A stretch of 64,000 nucleotides of DNA from IMG/VR virus record IMGVR_UViG_3300032298_001038, positions 134,313-198,312 of that record; one strand, written 5' to 3'. Shown piece by piece: positions 46,531 to 56,835 of the stretch; the stretch's first letter is position 1; every line of letters starts with the position of its first letter. Below the pieces are notes generated by a model. It had not been told where the DNA came from. It ran no database searches and saw nothing but the letters and a program-made list of their open reading frames with translations. The DNA comes from a virus. The position numbers and the translations under genes were made by a program.

Positions 46531-47528
46531 TGTCGGCGTAACTCCTCTGTGCGGTAAATCAACGCTAATACGATACCGCCAAGTCTGTAAACCGGCAACG
46601 GATGGTCGAGCCAGAGATTCTTGAACGTCAGATATGGCTCTTCGTTTTTAAAACCAAACAACTCTAAGTTGGCAGGCTCGCCAATCATTTCAAGTCCGGG
46701 GATTGCTACCGGCAGAATTGGTTCTGGAGTGGCTTTCGTCTCCACAAACCAACGGGCGATAAGTCCTGTCTCCGTTTCGGGCGCTGGTCCAGACGCAGAA
46801 TAAACTTCGATCAACGTCAGCGCGTCGTTCTCGCTTGTGATGCGACGCAAGCCGTACGGTTCTGCGGCAAGATACAGATTAAGCCCGGCAGCATATGTTT
46901 CCGCCTGCAAATTCCTGTCGCGTTCGGTCGTAATGAGCGATTCGCCAAGTATCGGCGCACGAAGCGACAACAGCAATTTGATATCTGTTTGCGGCAACGT
47001 CAAAACTGGCGGCGAGTCGAAACTTTGCACCGTCTCAACAACAGCCGGCTGCCGATCGCCGACGCGTTGCAATTTTAATTGCATGATTAGGTTGCTGTTG
47101 GCGTCGAGTGTTTTGTACAGATCGATTGTGTATTGCCGGTGCGCGTGACCCAACGAGTTCAGGGACTTCAGGCTTCCCGTAACAGTGAATCGATAAGGTG
47201 TGCCGTACGTCCGGTTGATAACGACGCGTTTGCTCGTCGGCTCGAAAAACGGTTTGTTTATCTCTGGCCAGTACGTTACGCGCGGATCAAATCGGTAAAC
47301 GTACTCAGCCAATTCTGTCGTGTGCAAATACGACAAGAGTTCACGGCAGCGGTAATTCAAAAAATAGTTGTCAGGCGCCGATCCGAATAGCAATTTGCGC
47401 ACAATACCAAGCGTCGGCGTTAGTTCTACCGGCGTGAATTCGGGCGGTACGTACTCGTACCCAATGTCGCTGTAATGCGTTTTGCGACGGGCTTGATTGA
47501 GCAGTAATGTTCGCGCGTGGTTGATCAT
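46527..47528 (-). CDS. Tail-region hypothetical protein (333 aa)
   Basis: Long ORF coupled to both neighbours. Confidence 0.75.
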   Translation of the reverse strand: MINHARTLLLNQARRKTHYSDIGYEYVPPEFTPVELTPTLGIVRKLLFGSAPDNYFLNYRCRELLSYLHTTELAEYVYRFDPRVTYWPEINKPFFEPTSKRVVINRTYGTPYRFTVTGSLKSLNSLGHAHRQYTIDLYKTLDANSNLIMQLKLQRVGDRQPAVVETVQSFDSPPVLTLPQTDIKLLLSLRAPILGESLITTERDRNLQAETYAAGLNLYLAAEPYGLRRITSENDALTLIEVYSASGPAPETETGLIARWFVETKATPEPILPVAIPGLEMIGEPANLELFGFKNEEPYLTFKNLWLDHPLPVYRLGGIVLALIYRTEELRRQ

Positions 47529-47530
47529 GC

Positions 47531-48016
47531 TTATTCTTTTTGCGGCAAGACTTCAAACCGGAGTGTCCAGTACCCGACCGGTCCGGTGTCGCTTTGGTTT
47601 ACGTCGAGTTTCATGCCGGTCAAAAACCCGTGTAGTTTGATTGGATCGCCGCTCGGGGCGGTGAGCACAATTTTGAGCGCTTTGCCGCTGCGCGCTACGG
47701 CTTTGTTTTCGTTGTAGTACTTGTATACCTGAAAGATTTTCGAACCTTCTTTTGCGCCGGCGCACGTTTTGAGAAAACCAATGCCGGTGACGGTCAACAT
47801 GCCGACGCGATCGCCGAACGAGTAGAAGTACACAAAGTCATTGACGGTGTGCAAAAACTGATAGTTGCCTGACATCTCCAGCGTAATGCCTTGCAGCACA
47901 AATTCATTTGTAAAACTTTTGCCGTCGATTTTGATAGTTAAAAAGTCTTCGTCTTTGCAGCCTTGTCTGGTGACTTCGACGGCGCCGGTGCACGGCGTAA
48001 AAACCATGTTTGCCAT
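47531..48016 (-). CDS. Tube-fold baseplate protein (tail tube initiator-like)
   Basis: NYQFLHTVND.VYFYSFGDRVG.LTVTG; directly downstream of the tape measure. Confidence 0.55.
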   Translation of the reverse strand: MANMVFTPCTGAVEVTRQGCKDEDFLTIKIDGKSFTNEFVLQGITLEMSGNYQFLHTVNDFVYFYSFGDRVGMLTVTGIGFLKTCAGAKEGSKIFQVYKYYNENKAVARSGKALKIVLTAPSGDPIKLHGFLTGMKLDVNQSDTGPVGYWTLRFEVLPQKE

Positions 48017-48026
48017 AGGTCACCTA

Positions 48027-51000
48027 CTACGTCGATGTTGTGCCGCTGGACGGAAAATTGGCTGCGGGGTCTGGAACTATTGGCGAGCCATTATTCGGCG
48101 GGTTTATCGGACGCTGTCCGATAAGTTCTAGTACGCCTTCGCGCAGATTATTAAAGTTTACAGTACCGGTGACGGTAACCGTACCTGAGTCGCCACCGCC
48201 ACCACCCCCGCCTCCTCCGCCGGCGGTCGTAGTTCCAACTTGTTGTTGCGGCGCGGCCGTTGCGGCTGGGTTGACGTTCGCCGACGTTGTGCCCGACTTG
48301 CTTGCCGCTGCCGCCGCGTCTGGTATGGCGCTCGCGGCAGACTGTTCAGCGTTGACAGTGGCCGCGGCCTCAGCCCCGCGGCGGGCCGCCTCTGTCTGCG
48401 ATACGTCGCTGCCGGGCGGCATTTGACCGTCTGCGCCCGGCGGTGTTTTAGTTGCCTCTTCCGGCGGTTTGGCTGGCGGATCGGCTGGTTTGTCTGGTTT
48501 TGTCTCTGACGCGTCTTTCGGCCGCGTCTTCTCGTCCATTTCTTTTTGCGCGAGTTCTTCCTTCTTTTTCATTAACTCAGCGCGACGCTCTTTGTCAGGC
48601 GCGTCGTAATCCAGCCAATTGTCCGCGTTGCGTTCTTCAATTGCCGCCAGTTCAGCGTCGACGCCAGCCATGTCGCTCGGCATTGCGGCGCCGGGCGCTT
48701 GTACGGCAGCGGCACCAGCAGCGCCGCCGACGCCTTCAACCTTGTCGGCTTTGATGACCACTGTCGTCGCGTCGATCTCGGCTTTTTCGACTTTCTGCGC
48801 GGCGTCCTTGGCCATCTTGTCCATGTCATACTTGTGCGCCGCGTCTAGACCCATCGCGATTTCGGCGGCCTTCTGTTTTTCGCTCTTGTCTTTTGATTGC
48901 AGACCTTTTTGATAGTCCTCTTCCGACAGCCCCATCTTTTTCAGAATGGCTTCTTTGCTGTCGCCTTCGGTCATGATCGCGTCTTCTAACTCTTTGCGAT
49001 CTTTCGCGCTCATGCCTTTAAACGCGTCATCGATACCCTTCATATTGAACATCGCTGAGACACCGGCACGCAGCGCATCTTTATCTTGTCCTTTTTCAAA
49101 CGCCCGCTGCACGGCTTCTACGTTCGCGAGGTCACCTTCCATGCCTTCGAGGGCTTTACCGAGGCTGCCCATTGCACGCGAACGCAATTCTTCTTGCGTA
49201 AGATACTTGCCGTCTTTTTGACTGCGTTTTGTATCTTTGTACTCTTTGTCAAACTGTGTTTTGTATTTGTCGCTCTTGCGTAAGGCTTCGCGCTTTTGTT
49301 CTTCTGTAAGATGCGCGCCACTCCTTAGACCCGTCGCGGTCGTGTAGGCTTTCTCTAAATCGTCACCCTTCAGATCACCAATTTTCTTTTCGCGTGCGTC
49401 GCCAATTTCTTTGTCGGTGATGATTTGCGTGTCGTCGCTGACATTGCCAAGTTTGCGCAATTCTGCAATGGCTGCGGCATCTCCGCCGGCGGCTTTTTCA
49501 GCCAACGCGTCGACTTGCTTTTTAGTTACCTGATACTTGTCGCGCTCTGTCGCGGCGGTATGCATGCCAGCGCCCATCTCGCCGGCGTACTGCCGTAAGA
49601 CCTCATCGTCGCCAATCGTCGGCGCCATGGTCTTCATGAACTGGTCAAGATTAAATTTTTCACCCTTCTTTCCGATATCAATAAAATAGTCAGACGCCCG
49701 CTGGCCGATGGTCGACTCATAACCGATGGCGCGTTTTTCGGCTTCTGCGCGGGCGGCGGCGTTTCCTGTTTCCAGCATGCCGTACACGTCGCGGTTATGG
49801 CCATACTGCTGCGACATGGCGGCAAGGTTTTGTCCGTATAGATCGAACGCCACCGTGCCCGTATTGGCCACCATTCTGTTTAAGGCAAGTCTGTCGCCCG
49901 TCATTTTTTGCGACATTTCTTCGGCCATTTTTTGCGCAGTAGAGTCGTCTTTTCCTTGGGCTTTAAAGTGCGCGAGCAACTTATCTTTCATGTTGTTTTT
50001 CATGTAGTCCATTTGCGCTTCTGGACCCATGTCGGCTGAGTCGAGCATCATGCCAGTAATAACTTCACTGGCGCCCATGATTTCTCGATCGTCCATGCCT
50101 TTTATCGTATCTGTCCCTTCCATCATGTGCCGCACAGCGCCTTCGGTCGCAAATGCGCTTAAATTTTGAATTCGTTCGTGCTTTTGCGTCATGTACCCGG
50201 CGCCGGCACGGGCAAACTGTTGCGTTAAAGGATCGTGCAGCGAGGCGTGGAAATCTGCTTCTGTACCGCCCGACGAAATAAGCAAATCTTGGGCAGCAAA
50301 TTGCCGACCTTCGCCGATCATTTCGTACAGATTCTTCTTTTCACCGTTGTAGGTGTATGTGCCGTCGGAGTTGGGGTCGTTGTAAGCAGCCATCGCTGCT
50401 TCCATTTCCGTTCCTTTAAACTTGTCCGGGTCCATCGCATAAACGCGAGCCAACGCGGCCATCGACTTGGCGTTGCCCGATGCGTCGCCTTCTTGCAGCA
50501 TCTGCATCGTTTGATTTTGGAACTGTTCCTTGCTCATCGTTCCAAACGTATTGCCGCTAAACGCACCGCTATCCATTGCGGCTTTCGTCATGCCCATCGT
50601 GGCGGCCACATTTTGCATCGTGATGCTTGGCGCTAACCCCAGTTGCTGGCCGAGATTGCCAGCAACGGCAGACATCTGCGCCAATTGCTGCATGCCGGTG
50701 CCAGTTTCACGCGCTAACGTCCGCATTTGCCGCAACGTGCTCGCTGCCGCCGCGGGATTCATCTGCCCCATCCCACCCTGCGTTAACTGATCGAGCGCCG
50801 CCATGAGCGCGGGCATCGGGGCGTTGGGATTGCCGTTGTCTCCGAAGATGTTGCGAACTGCGGCGAGAGCGTCTGTGTAGCCTTTTATTTTTGACGATGT
50901 GCGGCTTGCGTCGACATTACCGGCAAGGGCTTCGCCGCCGGGACCTTGTAAAATTTCTTCGGCAGATTTTGCGCTTTCACCTCGCGCGTATTTGTCTGCT

Positions 51001-52190
51001 TCTGCCTTGGTTGCTTCGAGATTGGCGCGGTAACCGCCCGACACACGATCAAGTTCTTTTTCGCGCTCAGTGGCGTCCATCTCTCGGTACTTGCGCCCGG
51101 CATCGTCGTCGCGACTTTCGAGGTCTCGGCGCGCCATTGTTTTAGCGAGGCGGTCAAGCGTGGCGTCGTCGAGTTTCGTTTCGGCGATAGCGCCAACGCG
51201 GTCTTTACCAGAAAGCGCGCCAATGCTTGGCGGCAGAATGCCGCGTTGCGCCAAGTTTTCAGCGACTTGACTAACTTGTCCGGCCATGAAGCCGTGCATC
51301 TCGTCGACAGGCATGCGGTCGGCGCGAGTCTGCATCATACCAATCGACGTCTCGTTGCCCGCGAGCACGCCTGATTCTTTAATCGCGCGGTCAAACTTCA
51401 TCAACTCTTTGGCCTGCGTTGCGGCGTCAGTCGCCGTGCCGCCTTGCACATATTTCTCGTACAAACGCCCAACTTCTGTGTCGCCTTTGTTGCGTAGCCG
51501 CGATTCAAGGTCGGAGTCGCCGACGACGGCGCGATCTTCCATGCGAGAAGCCTCGCGCAGGCGTTGCATTGATTTTTCATCGCCAGCGCGCGCTTTGTCG
51601 GCGAGTTTGTTTAAATCGCCTTGCGGCTCGTACAAATGCGAAAACACGCCTGTCGTTAAATCTTCTAACGACTCCGCGTCCATTCGCCCGCCGCCGCCCG
51701 GGTCGCGGCGGAAATAGCCGATGCGATTGATTGTGTTGCCGAGGTTCTGCACGTCGCCTTTGGAGCCGTGCAGCAGCGCCTCGACGTTTTCAGGCCCCAA
51801 CGCCATCCCCATGAAACTTTTAACCATGGGGTTATTCAACATGCCGGCGATGTTCGACGCTTGCGACCGATTTAAATCGCTCGGGGCGTTGTTGGTCACC
51901 ATTGACCGCAGGCCAAGCAGCCCGGCCGACAGCGAATCATTCTGGGCGCCGGCGAGGTTGTAGGTGGCCGCCTGCGTTTGCTGCTGATAGTTCCGCATCG
52001 CGAACTGGTCATACAGCGCTTGTCCCGGCATCATGTGCGGCATGAAGTTGCCGGGACCTGCCATCTGCCCCATCAGGGGCATGGCAAACATAGATATCAA
52101 TTGCGACATTTCGGCATTGTTGCCGAATGCAAATTGCCCGGGGTTATACATCCCGGGGTACAGAAACGGCTGTTGTTGTCCGCCCATCAT
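48027..52190 (-). CDS. Tape measure protein (1387 aa)
   Basis: Long Ala/Gly/Met-rich helical ORF downstream of tail chaperones and tube. Confidence 0.8.
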   Translation of the reverse strand: MMGGQQQPFLYPGMYNPGQFAFGNNAEMSQLISMFAMPLMGQMAGPGNFMPHMMPGQALYDQFAMRNYQQQTQAATYNLAGAQNDSLSAGLLGLRSMVTNNAPSDLNRSQASNIAGMLNNPMVKSFMGMALGPENVEALLHGSKGDVQNLGNTINRIGYFRRDPGGGGRMDAESLEDLTTGVFSHLYEPQGDLNKLADKARAGDEKSMQRLREASRMEDRAVVGDSDLESRLRNKGDTEVGRLYEKYVQGGTATDAATQAKELMKFDRAIKESGVLAGNETSIGMMQTRADRMPVDEMHGFMAGQVSQVAENLAQRGILPPSIGALSGKDRVGAIAETKLDDATLDRLAKTMARRDLESRDDDAGRKYREMDATEREKELDRVSGGYRANLEATKAEADKYARGESAKSAEEILQGPGGEALAGNVDASRTSSKIKGYTDALAAVRNIFGDNGNPNAPMPALMAALDQLTQGGMGQMNPAAAASTLRQMRTLARETGTGMQQLAQMSAVAGNLGQQLGLAPSITMQNVAATMGMTKAAMDSGAFSGNTFGTMSKEQFQNQTMQMLQEGDASGNAKSMAALARVYAMDPDKFKGTEMEAAMAAYNDPNSDGTYTYNGEKKNLYEMIGEGRQFAAQDLLISSGGTEADFHASLHDPLTQQFARAGAGYMTQKHERIQNLSAFATEGAVRHMMEGTDTIKGMDDREIMGASEVITGMMLDSADMGPEAQMDYMKNNMKDKLLAHFKAQGKDDSTAQKMAEEMSQKMTGDRLALNRMVANTGTVAFDLYGQNLAAMSQQYGHNRDVYGMLETGNAAARAEAEKRAIGYESTIGQRASDYFIDIGKKGEKFNLDQFMKTMAPTIGDDEVLRQYAGEMGAGMHTAATERDKYQVTKKQVDALAEKAAGGDAAAIAELRKLGNVSDDTQIITDKEIGDAREKKIGDLKGDDLEKAYTTATGLRSGAHLTEEQKREALRKSDKYKTQFDKEYKDTKRSQKDGKYLTQEELRSRAMGSLGKALEGMEGDLANVEAVQRAFEKGQDKDALRAGVSAMFNMKGIDDAFKGMSAKDRKELEDAIMTEGDSKEAILKKMGLSEEDYQKGLQSKDKSEKQKAAEIAMGLDAAHKYDMDKMAKDAAQKVEKAEIDATTVVIKADKVEGVGGAAGAAAVQAPGAAMPSDMAGVDAELAAIEERNADNWLDYDAPDKERRAELMKKKEELAQKEMDEKTRPKDASETKPDKPADPPAKPPEEATKTPPGADGQMPPGSDVSQTEAARRGAEAAATVNAEQSAASAIPDAAAAASKSGTTSANVNPAATAAPQQQVGTTTAGGGGGGGGGGDSGTVTVTGTVNFNNLREGVLELIGQRPINPPNNGSPIVPDPAANFPSSGTTST

Positions 52191-52621
52191 TGTTGTGGTT
52201 TCCCGCCGTCCTGCGCACTACCCTGCCGCCAAATTTTAAACTTTTCAATCATCTTCTTGGTTTCAGGGTCTATTTTACTGTTTTGGTTGTCTGTTTCGTT
52301 GCTTTCGCCCTCTGGTTTCTCTTCTTCGGCTGGTTTGGCTTTCCACGGGAAAATGTTGTCTTGCAGGTCTATTAACGTTTCTCCGGCGTTCTTTTTGACG
52401 TTTGCAAAACTATCTTCCGTCAGCCCGCCGTGGGCCAAATAGGCGCACCAGTGCCGGTGCGTGTGCTCCAGTACGTGCTGGTTCTCACGCCGCTGCATTT
52501 CCAGCAGCACGAGCCGGTGCTTGATTCGCCAGCGAGTATCCGTGGGATCGGCTCGGGAGTAGTCAACCGCTCCCGATACGGCAGCCCGCACCATGTAGGC
52601 CGCTATTCGATCCCGTTCCAA
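52187..52621 (-). CDS. Tail assembly chaperone, downstream (T-like) part
   Basis: In the -1 frame overlapping the end of 52603..53607; TTG start (internal ATG at 52594 possible); precedes tape measure. Confidence 0.6.
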   Translation of the reverse strand: MERDRIAAYMVRAAVSGAVDYSRADPTDTRWRIKHRLVLLEMQRRENQHVLEHTHRHWCAYLAHGGLTEDSFANVKKNAGETLIDLQDNIFPWKAKPAEEEKPEGESNETDNQNSKIDPETKKMIEKFKIWRQGSAQDGGKPQQ

Positions 52622-53607
52622 AAACTTGGTTCAAGTGCCATGGCTTCAAGGCCTTCAAGGAGCCTTTGAAATTGTCGGAGGTGCGTGCCGACAAGGCGCC
52701 GAGTTGCTTCTTGAGCCAAGTGTTTATTAACTAAGTCTAACTGTTTGGGCAGGGGCGTGGCGAGCGGTTCGTCGCTATTGCCCTCCCACGTCATCTCTTC
52801 CATCAACGGGATCGAGGCGATGACCTTGCCTTTGCGGTCGGCGATCGTTTCAAGCGAGCATGCCAGCCGGTAATCCATCATCTGCACAAACCATTCGGCT
52901 TCAGTGGCTACCTTGTTCTTCTGCTGGTCGAGCACGAGTTGGCGATAGATCAACTTGTTCTCTTCAGCCAGCAGGCTGCGGAACGTAATGACGATCTTTC
53001 CGCCAAACAGTTCGTACTTCTTTTTGAATCGTGCGCCGCCCAACAGCGTCGCAATGAAGTCTTCCTTGTCGCGGTCTGTTGGCATAACTTCAAACTTCTG
53101 CCGCATGTCCCAGCCGCAGCGCGGGCAATACGCGACAACCGACGGTTTGAACTCTGCCGACTCCGGCGCAGTCGCCTCTTTGTTCTCTTCAGTTTTTGGC
53201 TTTTCTTCTGCGGGCTTTGATTCTTCTGTTTTTTCTTCAGCCGCTACCTGCTCGCGGTCATCGATAATTTGCGGACCTTCTTCCGTTGCGTTAACGATTT
53301 GCTTGTAAACTTCGCTTACGCTTTCGGCCATGTTCTTGGTTTGCTCGTTCAGTTCTTCGTCCTTCTTCTTTTTGCGGCCCAGTTCCTTGGCCTCTCGAAG
53401 CAGGCTTTCAATCTGATTAATCTGCTCTTCAGACATGACACCGCGGTCGATAAGCACATCGTCACGCTTCGACGGCGGCATCATCTCCTTCATTTTGATC
53501 ATCAGAGTGCCAAGATCGGCTGGAATCGCTTCGCCGGTTTTCCAGCCAAACTGTTCAAGCGTTTTCTTGGTGAAGTCTGAAACGTACACATTATCAACCA
53601 GTTCCAT
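52603..53607 (-). CDS. Tail assembly chaperone (G-like) with CPRC motif
   Basis: DKEDFIATLL...FKKKYELFGGKI.ITFRSL...E pattern; position between spike and tape measure. Confidence 0.6.
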   Translation of the reverse strand: MELVDNVYVSDFTKKTLEQFGWKTGEAIPADLGTLMIKMKEMMPPSKRDDVLIDRGVMSEEQINQIESLLREAKELGRKKKKDEELNEQTKNMAESVSEVYKQIVNATEEGPQIIDDREQVAAEEKTEESKPAEEKPKTEENKEATAPESAEFKPSVVAYCPRCGWDMRQKFEVMPTDRDKEDFIATLLGGARFKKKYELFGGKIVITFRSLLAEENKLIYRQLVLDQQKNKVATEAEWFVQMMDYRLACSLETIADRKGKVIASIPLMEEMTWEGNSDEPLATPLPKQLDLVNKHLAQEATRRLVGTHLRQFQRLLEGLEAMALEPSFWNGIE

Positions 53608-53619
53608 GGCGCATCCTTT

Positions 53620-56600
53620 TTACTTACGCGGAATAATCGGGTAGTAGCCGTTGATGATCTTGTCGTTCGGCGCTTTGAACTCCGGATTTTTGTATTCGCC
53701 CGCCAAGCCGGGTGCCGGGTTACGCTCTTTGTCGATGTACCCGCCCTGCACTTGAACAATTTTGAAGTCTTGTTCTTTGTACGCCGGCTGATCTTGCAAC
53801 CACTTCTTGCCCGGAAATGGATACGTCTTATCGCAAACTTTGACCGGCACCGGGCGCTCGTCCCACTGCTCCACCAGTTCGCCGCCGAGGCGTGCCATCT
53901 GCTGCCAGCGGTCTTCGTACAGCAAGAAGTCGGGAATTTTGTAGTCCTCGTCTTTTCGGAACGAGAATTCCATGATGGTCATTACGCGGTCATTACCCGC
54001 GCGTTTGTCGGTGTACCATAGTTCTTTTAACTTAGTCTCATTGATTTCGTCGCCAATATCGGGCACCTCGTCGACTATCAAATTTGTAAAAAACTCTACG
54101 GCTTCGTTTACTTTCTGCGTGCATTCGCCGGCGCAGGGCACCACAATTGGCGTTTGCTCTGCTTTCCTAGTGAAGATATGTCCATTCGCGGCAAAAAAAC
54201 CACCGCTACCGTTACATAGCACGTCGCCGTTTACAAACACGCTGCCCTCGGTTCCAACTGGCCCGCAAAGCAACGTCACGTTTTCTCTGAACAAATTGGA
54301 GCGTGACGTAAACCCGCCCTGATTCGCGCCAAAAAAATGATACACCCCGCCGGAGACGTCTACATAGTGATAAATGTTTTTTGACTTCGTAACGATCTCT
54401 TTTTCGCCTTTCGCAGCGTCGAGCACAATGTCGCCTTTCTCGACCTCGCCGCCGCCGGTCCGCAAATAGATATCTTTAGCCAGCGTCACGACGTTCGATT
54501 TAGGTGCGCGCATTACGATGCCGCCGAATCGAATATCGTCGCCGCACTTTTCAAAGTCATACTCTATTGTTTTGCTACGGCTCTCAAGCAGAATGCCGCC
54601 CTCTCGATCCGACGTCTCGTTACCGGCAAGCACCAGCACATTACGTTCGGCTTTAATGCGCACGTTCTTTTCTGTGGCGGAGATATCAACAGTCTTGTTG
54701 GCGCGAGCAATGACGTCGTTCCCGGCCCACGCCTGCACGTCACGCCCGCCCTTGAGCCACACGTCGCCCGGCGCAGAGATAAATACGCAGCCGCCAGTCA
54801 TGCGGATTTCACTGCCGTAACCGTCGCCGATTACGATGCCGCCGTCGTCAAGCAGCGAAACAAAAGACTCGGTTTCGTAAAAGTTTTGCGGATTTTTCTT
54901 CGCGTAACGGTGGTCGATGTAGAAGGCTTTAGGCTCTTCTTCCTTCAGGTACATTTGCGCGCCCTGAAGCAATTTGAACTTAGGTATCTTCTGGTTGAAA
55001 TCTGCGTACGGAAGTTCTTGCTGCTCCCACGTCTTGTAGTCTTTGGCGTGCCAGTAAAACGCGTGCAACCCAGAGTAGTTGTATAGATAACCGTGCAAGT
55101 CGAGCAGGGCCGCGGCTCGCTGAAAATTAGGATACTTCTCGTCGGTCGTCTTGATGGTGCCGGTGATGTCGTGATCCGGCCCGGCGCCGAACATGCTAGC
55201 GGCTTTGTAGTTCTTCTCTGCCTCGTCGCCGTTCTTGTAGTCTTCGGGGCGTTTAATACGCTGCGGAAACGGCAACAAGATGCGCTTCGAGATATGCACG
55301 CCCTTGGCCGATGCGAGGAACAATCGCCCGTCTAGCGATTTGTTCTCCTCACTCAAGCCGTATACTGGCTGCTCTTCGTGGTCTTTAAGTTTGTCAGGAC
55401 CACCTTCGCAGTTGTATTTAAGTTCGCCTCCGTTGCGCCGCGGTTCAATTTTCGAATCGTACGGCGTTTCGCCCTTTGGGCCGGGGACACCCTTATACGT
55501 CCAGCGATCTTGTCCGTACGGCGGCGCATGTACCAGTTGCCGCATGCCTTGGCCGAGATAGCCAAAGAATACTTGAGAGCGATGATACGGCTGCGCGAAC
55601 TCGTGCTTGTTTTCCCAGCGCGAATAATACGGCTTTTGTTCAAAGCAGTGATAGCAGCCGGGTTCGTATTGTTCGATAACAGGCGGCCCGGGTCGTAAAA
55701 CACCCATGCCCTCCCACGGGTACGGCGTGTAACCTTGCGAGTCGTTGCACTCCGCCTGATCCATGTAGGCGTCGCGCTCGCTGCCGGCCGTCCAAACCTG
55801 CATGTTGTAACCAGCAACGCGCAGCATGTTGTCGTGGTAGAAACCGTAAATGCCGCAGAAGTCATTTACAGCCGCCTGCATCATGAAGTCATCGGCGGTA
55901 ATGCGAATACCGGTCGATGTCATGACGCCCCACTCGCCACCCAAGGTTTCGTCGTATGGGCGCCAGTTCGAATAGTCGGCCATATTCGAACTTTTTTCCT
56001 GCTTCAAATGCTTCTTCTGGCAGTCGTCTACGCGATTACGCGAGCACTGTGAGATGTAGTCTTGAAAGCCGCGCTTACCACAATCAAGCGTGTGCGGCAC
56101 CGCCCCGAGAATAAACCCGCGGTAGTCCTTGTCTTGCACCATGACAATGACGCGGGTGCCCGGGATATAAGTATTTATTTCAGTCGAGCCGAATGCCGCC
56201 GAACTGGTGTGCGACATGGCCGCGGCAATGATCGGATTATGTCCGTGGTCGGGATGGACGATGTAGCAATTGGCTATCGACGTGCCGTCGTGAATGATCC
56301 CGGTCAGCAACCGGCCGGTATCTTGAAAGCCTGTCTTGTAGCCGACCATGCTCAAGAACGGGTCGGCTACGGCTGCGGCTTGCGCCCCATAATCACCCAA
56401 AACGCCGCGCCCAACAATTTGCTGCAATACAGATCGGGCGGCTTGGCCGGGGTCGTGAAAATACTGCGTCTGCGCAGTCGGTCGCTGGCCGACAGCAGAA
56501 CCCTTTTGCGTGTGGCCGACAGCGCCGCCGGTCGCCTTGCCGGCGGCAGCGGACGCGGCGTTCATGACAATGCCGCCGACTGCGTTAGTAGTCTTGCCGC

Positions 56601-56712
56601 CGCCAATTAAAGAGTTGGCGACATTCGCCGCGGCGTTAATGGCGGACGGAATGTCGACGCCAAAAGAAGTTTTACCGCCGCCTCCGGCGGCATTTTCATT
56701 GTTCTCTGCCAT
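53620..56712 (-). CDS. Baseplate central spike / gp5-VgrG-like protein (1030 aa)
   Basis: GSTEINTYIPGTRVIV resembles a gp5 OB-fold; later beta-repeat segments (SFVSLLDDGGIVIGDGYGSEIRMTGGCVFISAPGDVWL). Confidence 0.6.
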   Translation of the reverse strand: MAENNENAAGGGGKTSFGVDIPSAINAAANVANSLIGGGKTTNAVGGIVMNAASAAAGKATGGAVGHTQKGSAVGQRPTAQTQYFHDPGQAARSVLQQIVGRGVLGDYGAQAAAVADPFLSMVGYKTGFQDTGRLLTGIIHDGTSIANCYIVHPDHGHNPIIAAAMSHTSSAAFGSTEINTYIPGTRVIVMVQDKDYRGFILGAVPHTLDCGKRGFQDYISQCSRNRVDDCQKKHLKQEKSSNMADYSNWRPYDETLGGEWGVMTSTGIRITADDFMMQAAVNDFCGIYGFYHDNMLRVAGYNMQVWTAGSERDAYMDQAECNDSQGYTPYPWEGMGVLRPGPPVIEQYEPGCYHCFEQKPYYSRWENKHEFAQPYHRSQVFFGYLGQGMRQLVHAPPYGQDRWTYKGVPGPKGETPYDSKIEPRRNGGELKYNCEGGPDKLKDHEEQPVYGLSEENKSLDGRLFLASAKGVHISKRILLPFPQRIKRPEDYKNGDEAEKNYKAASMFGAGPDHDITGTIKTTDEKYPNFQRAAALLDLHGYLYNYSGLHAFYWHAKDYKTWEQQELPYADFNQKIPKFKLLQGAQMYLKEEEPKAFYIDHRYAKKNPQNFYETESFVSLLDDGGIVIGDGYGSEIRMTGGCVFISAPGDVWLKGGRDVQAWAGNDVIARANKTVDISATEKNVRIKAERNVLVLAGNETSDREGGILLESRSKTIEYDFEKCGDDIRFGGIVMRAPKSNVVTLAKDIYLRTGGGEVEKGDIVLDAAKGEKEIVTKSKNIYHYVDVSGGVYHFFGANQGGFTSRSNLFRENVTLLCGPVGTEGSVFVNGDVLCNGSGGFFAANGHIFTRKAEQTPIVVPCAGECTQKVNEAVEFFTNLIVDEVPDIGDEINETKLKELWYTDKRAGNDRVMTIMEFSFRKDEDYKIPDFLLYEDRWQQMARLGGELVEQWDERPVPVKVCDKTYPFPGKKWLQDQPAYKEQDFKIVQVQGGYIDKERNPAPGLAGEYKNPEFKAPNDKIINGYYPIIPRK

Positions 56713-56739
56713 TTAATCCACCAATTAAGGTGTGGTTAC

Positions 56740-56766
56740 GGGTCCGAAGACCCCGGGCCGAAGCCC
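56740..56766 (-). other. Two tandem cUUCGg tetraloop hairpins
   Basis: Minus strand GGGC-TTCG-GCCC and GGGTC-TTCG-GACCC. Confidence 0.7.
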
Positions 56767-56775
56767 ATATACCTT

Positions 56776-56810
56776 AAACGGCGGCTGCGGAAACCGCAAC
56801 CGCCGTTTTT
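56776..56810 (-). terminator. Terminator after the tail tube gene, possibly bidirectional
   Basis: Minus strand AAACGGCGGTTGCGG-TTT-CCGCAGCCGCCGTTT; T runs on both strands. Confidence 0.7.
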
Positions 56811-56835
56811 CGGTATAAGCCAGTACTAAACTAAA

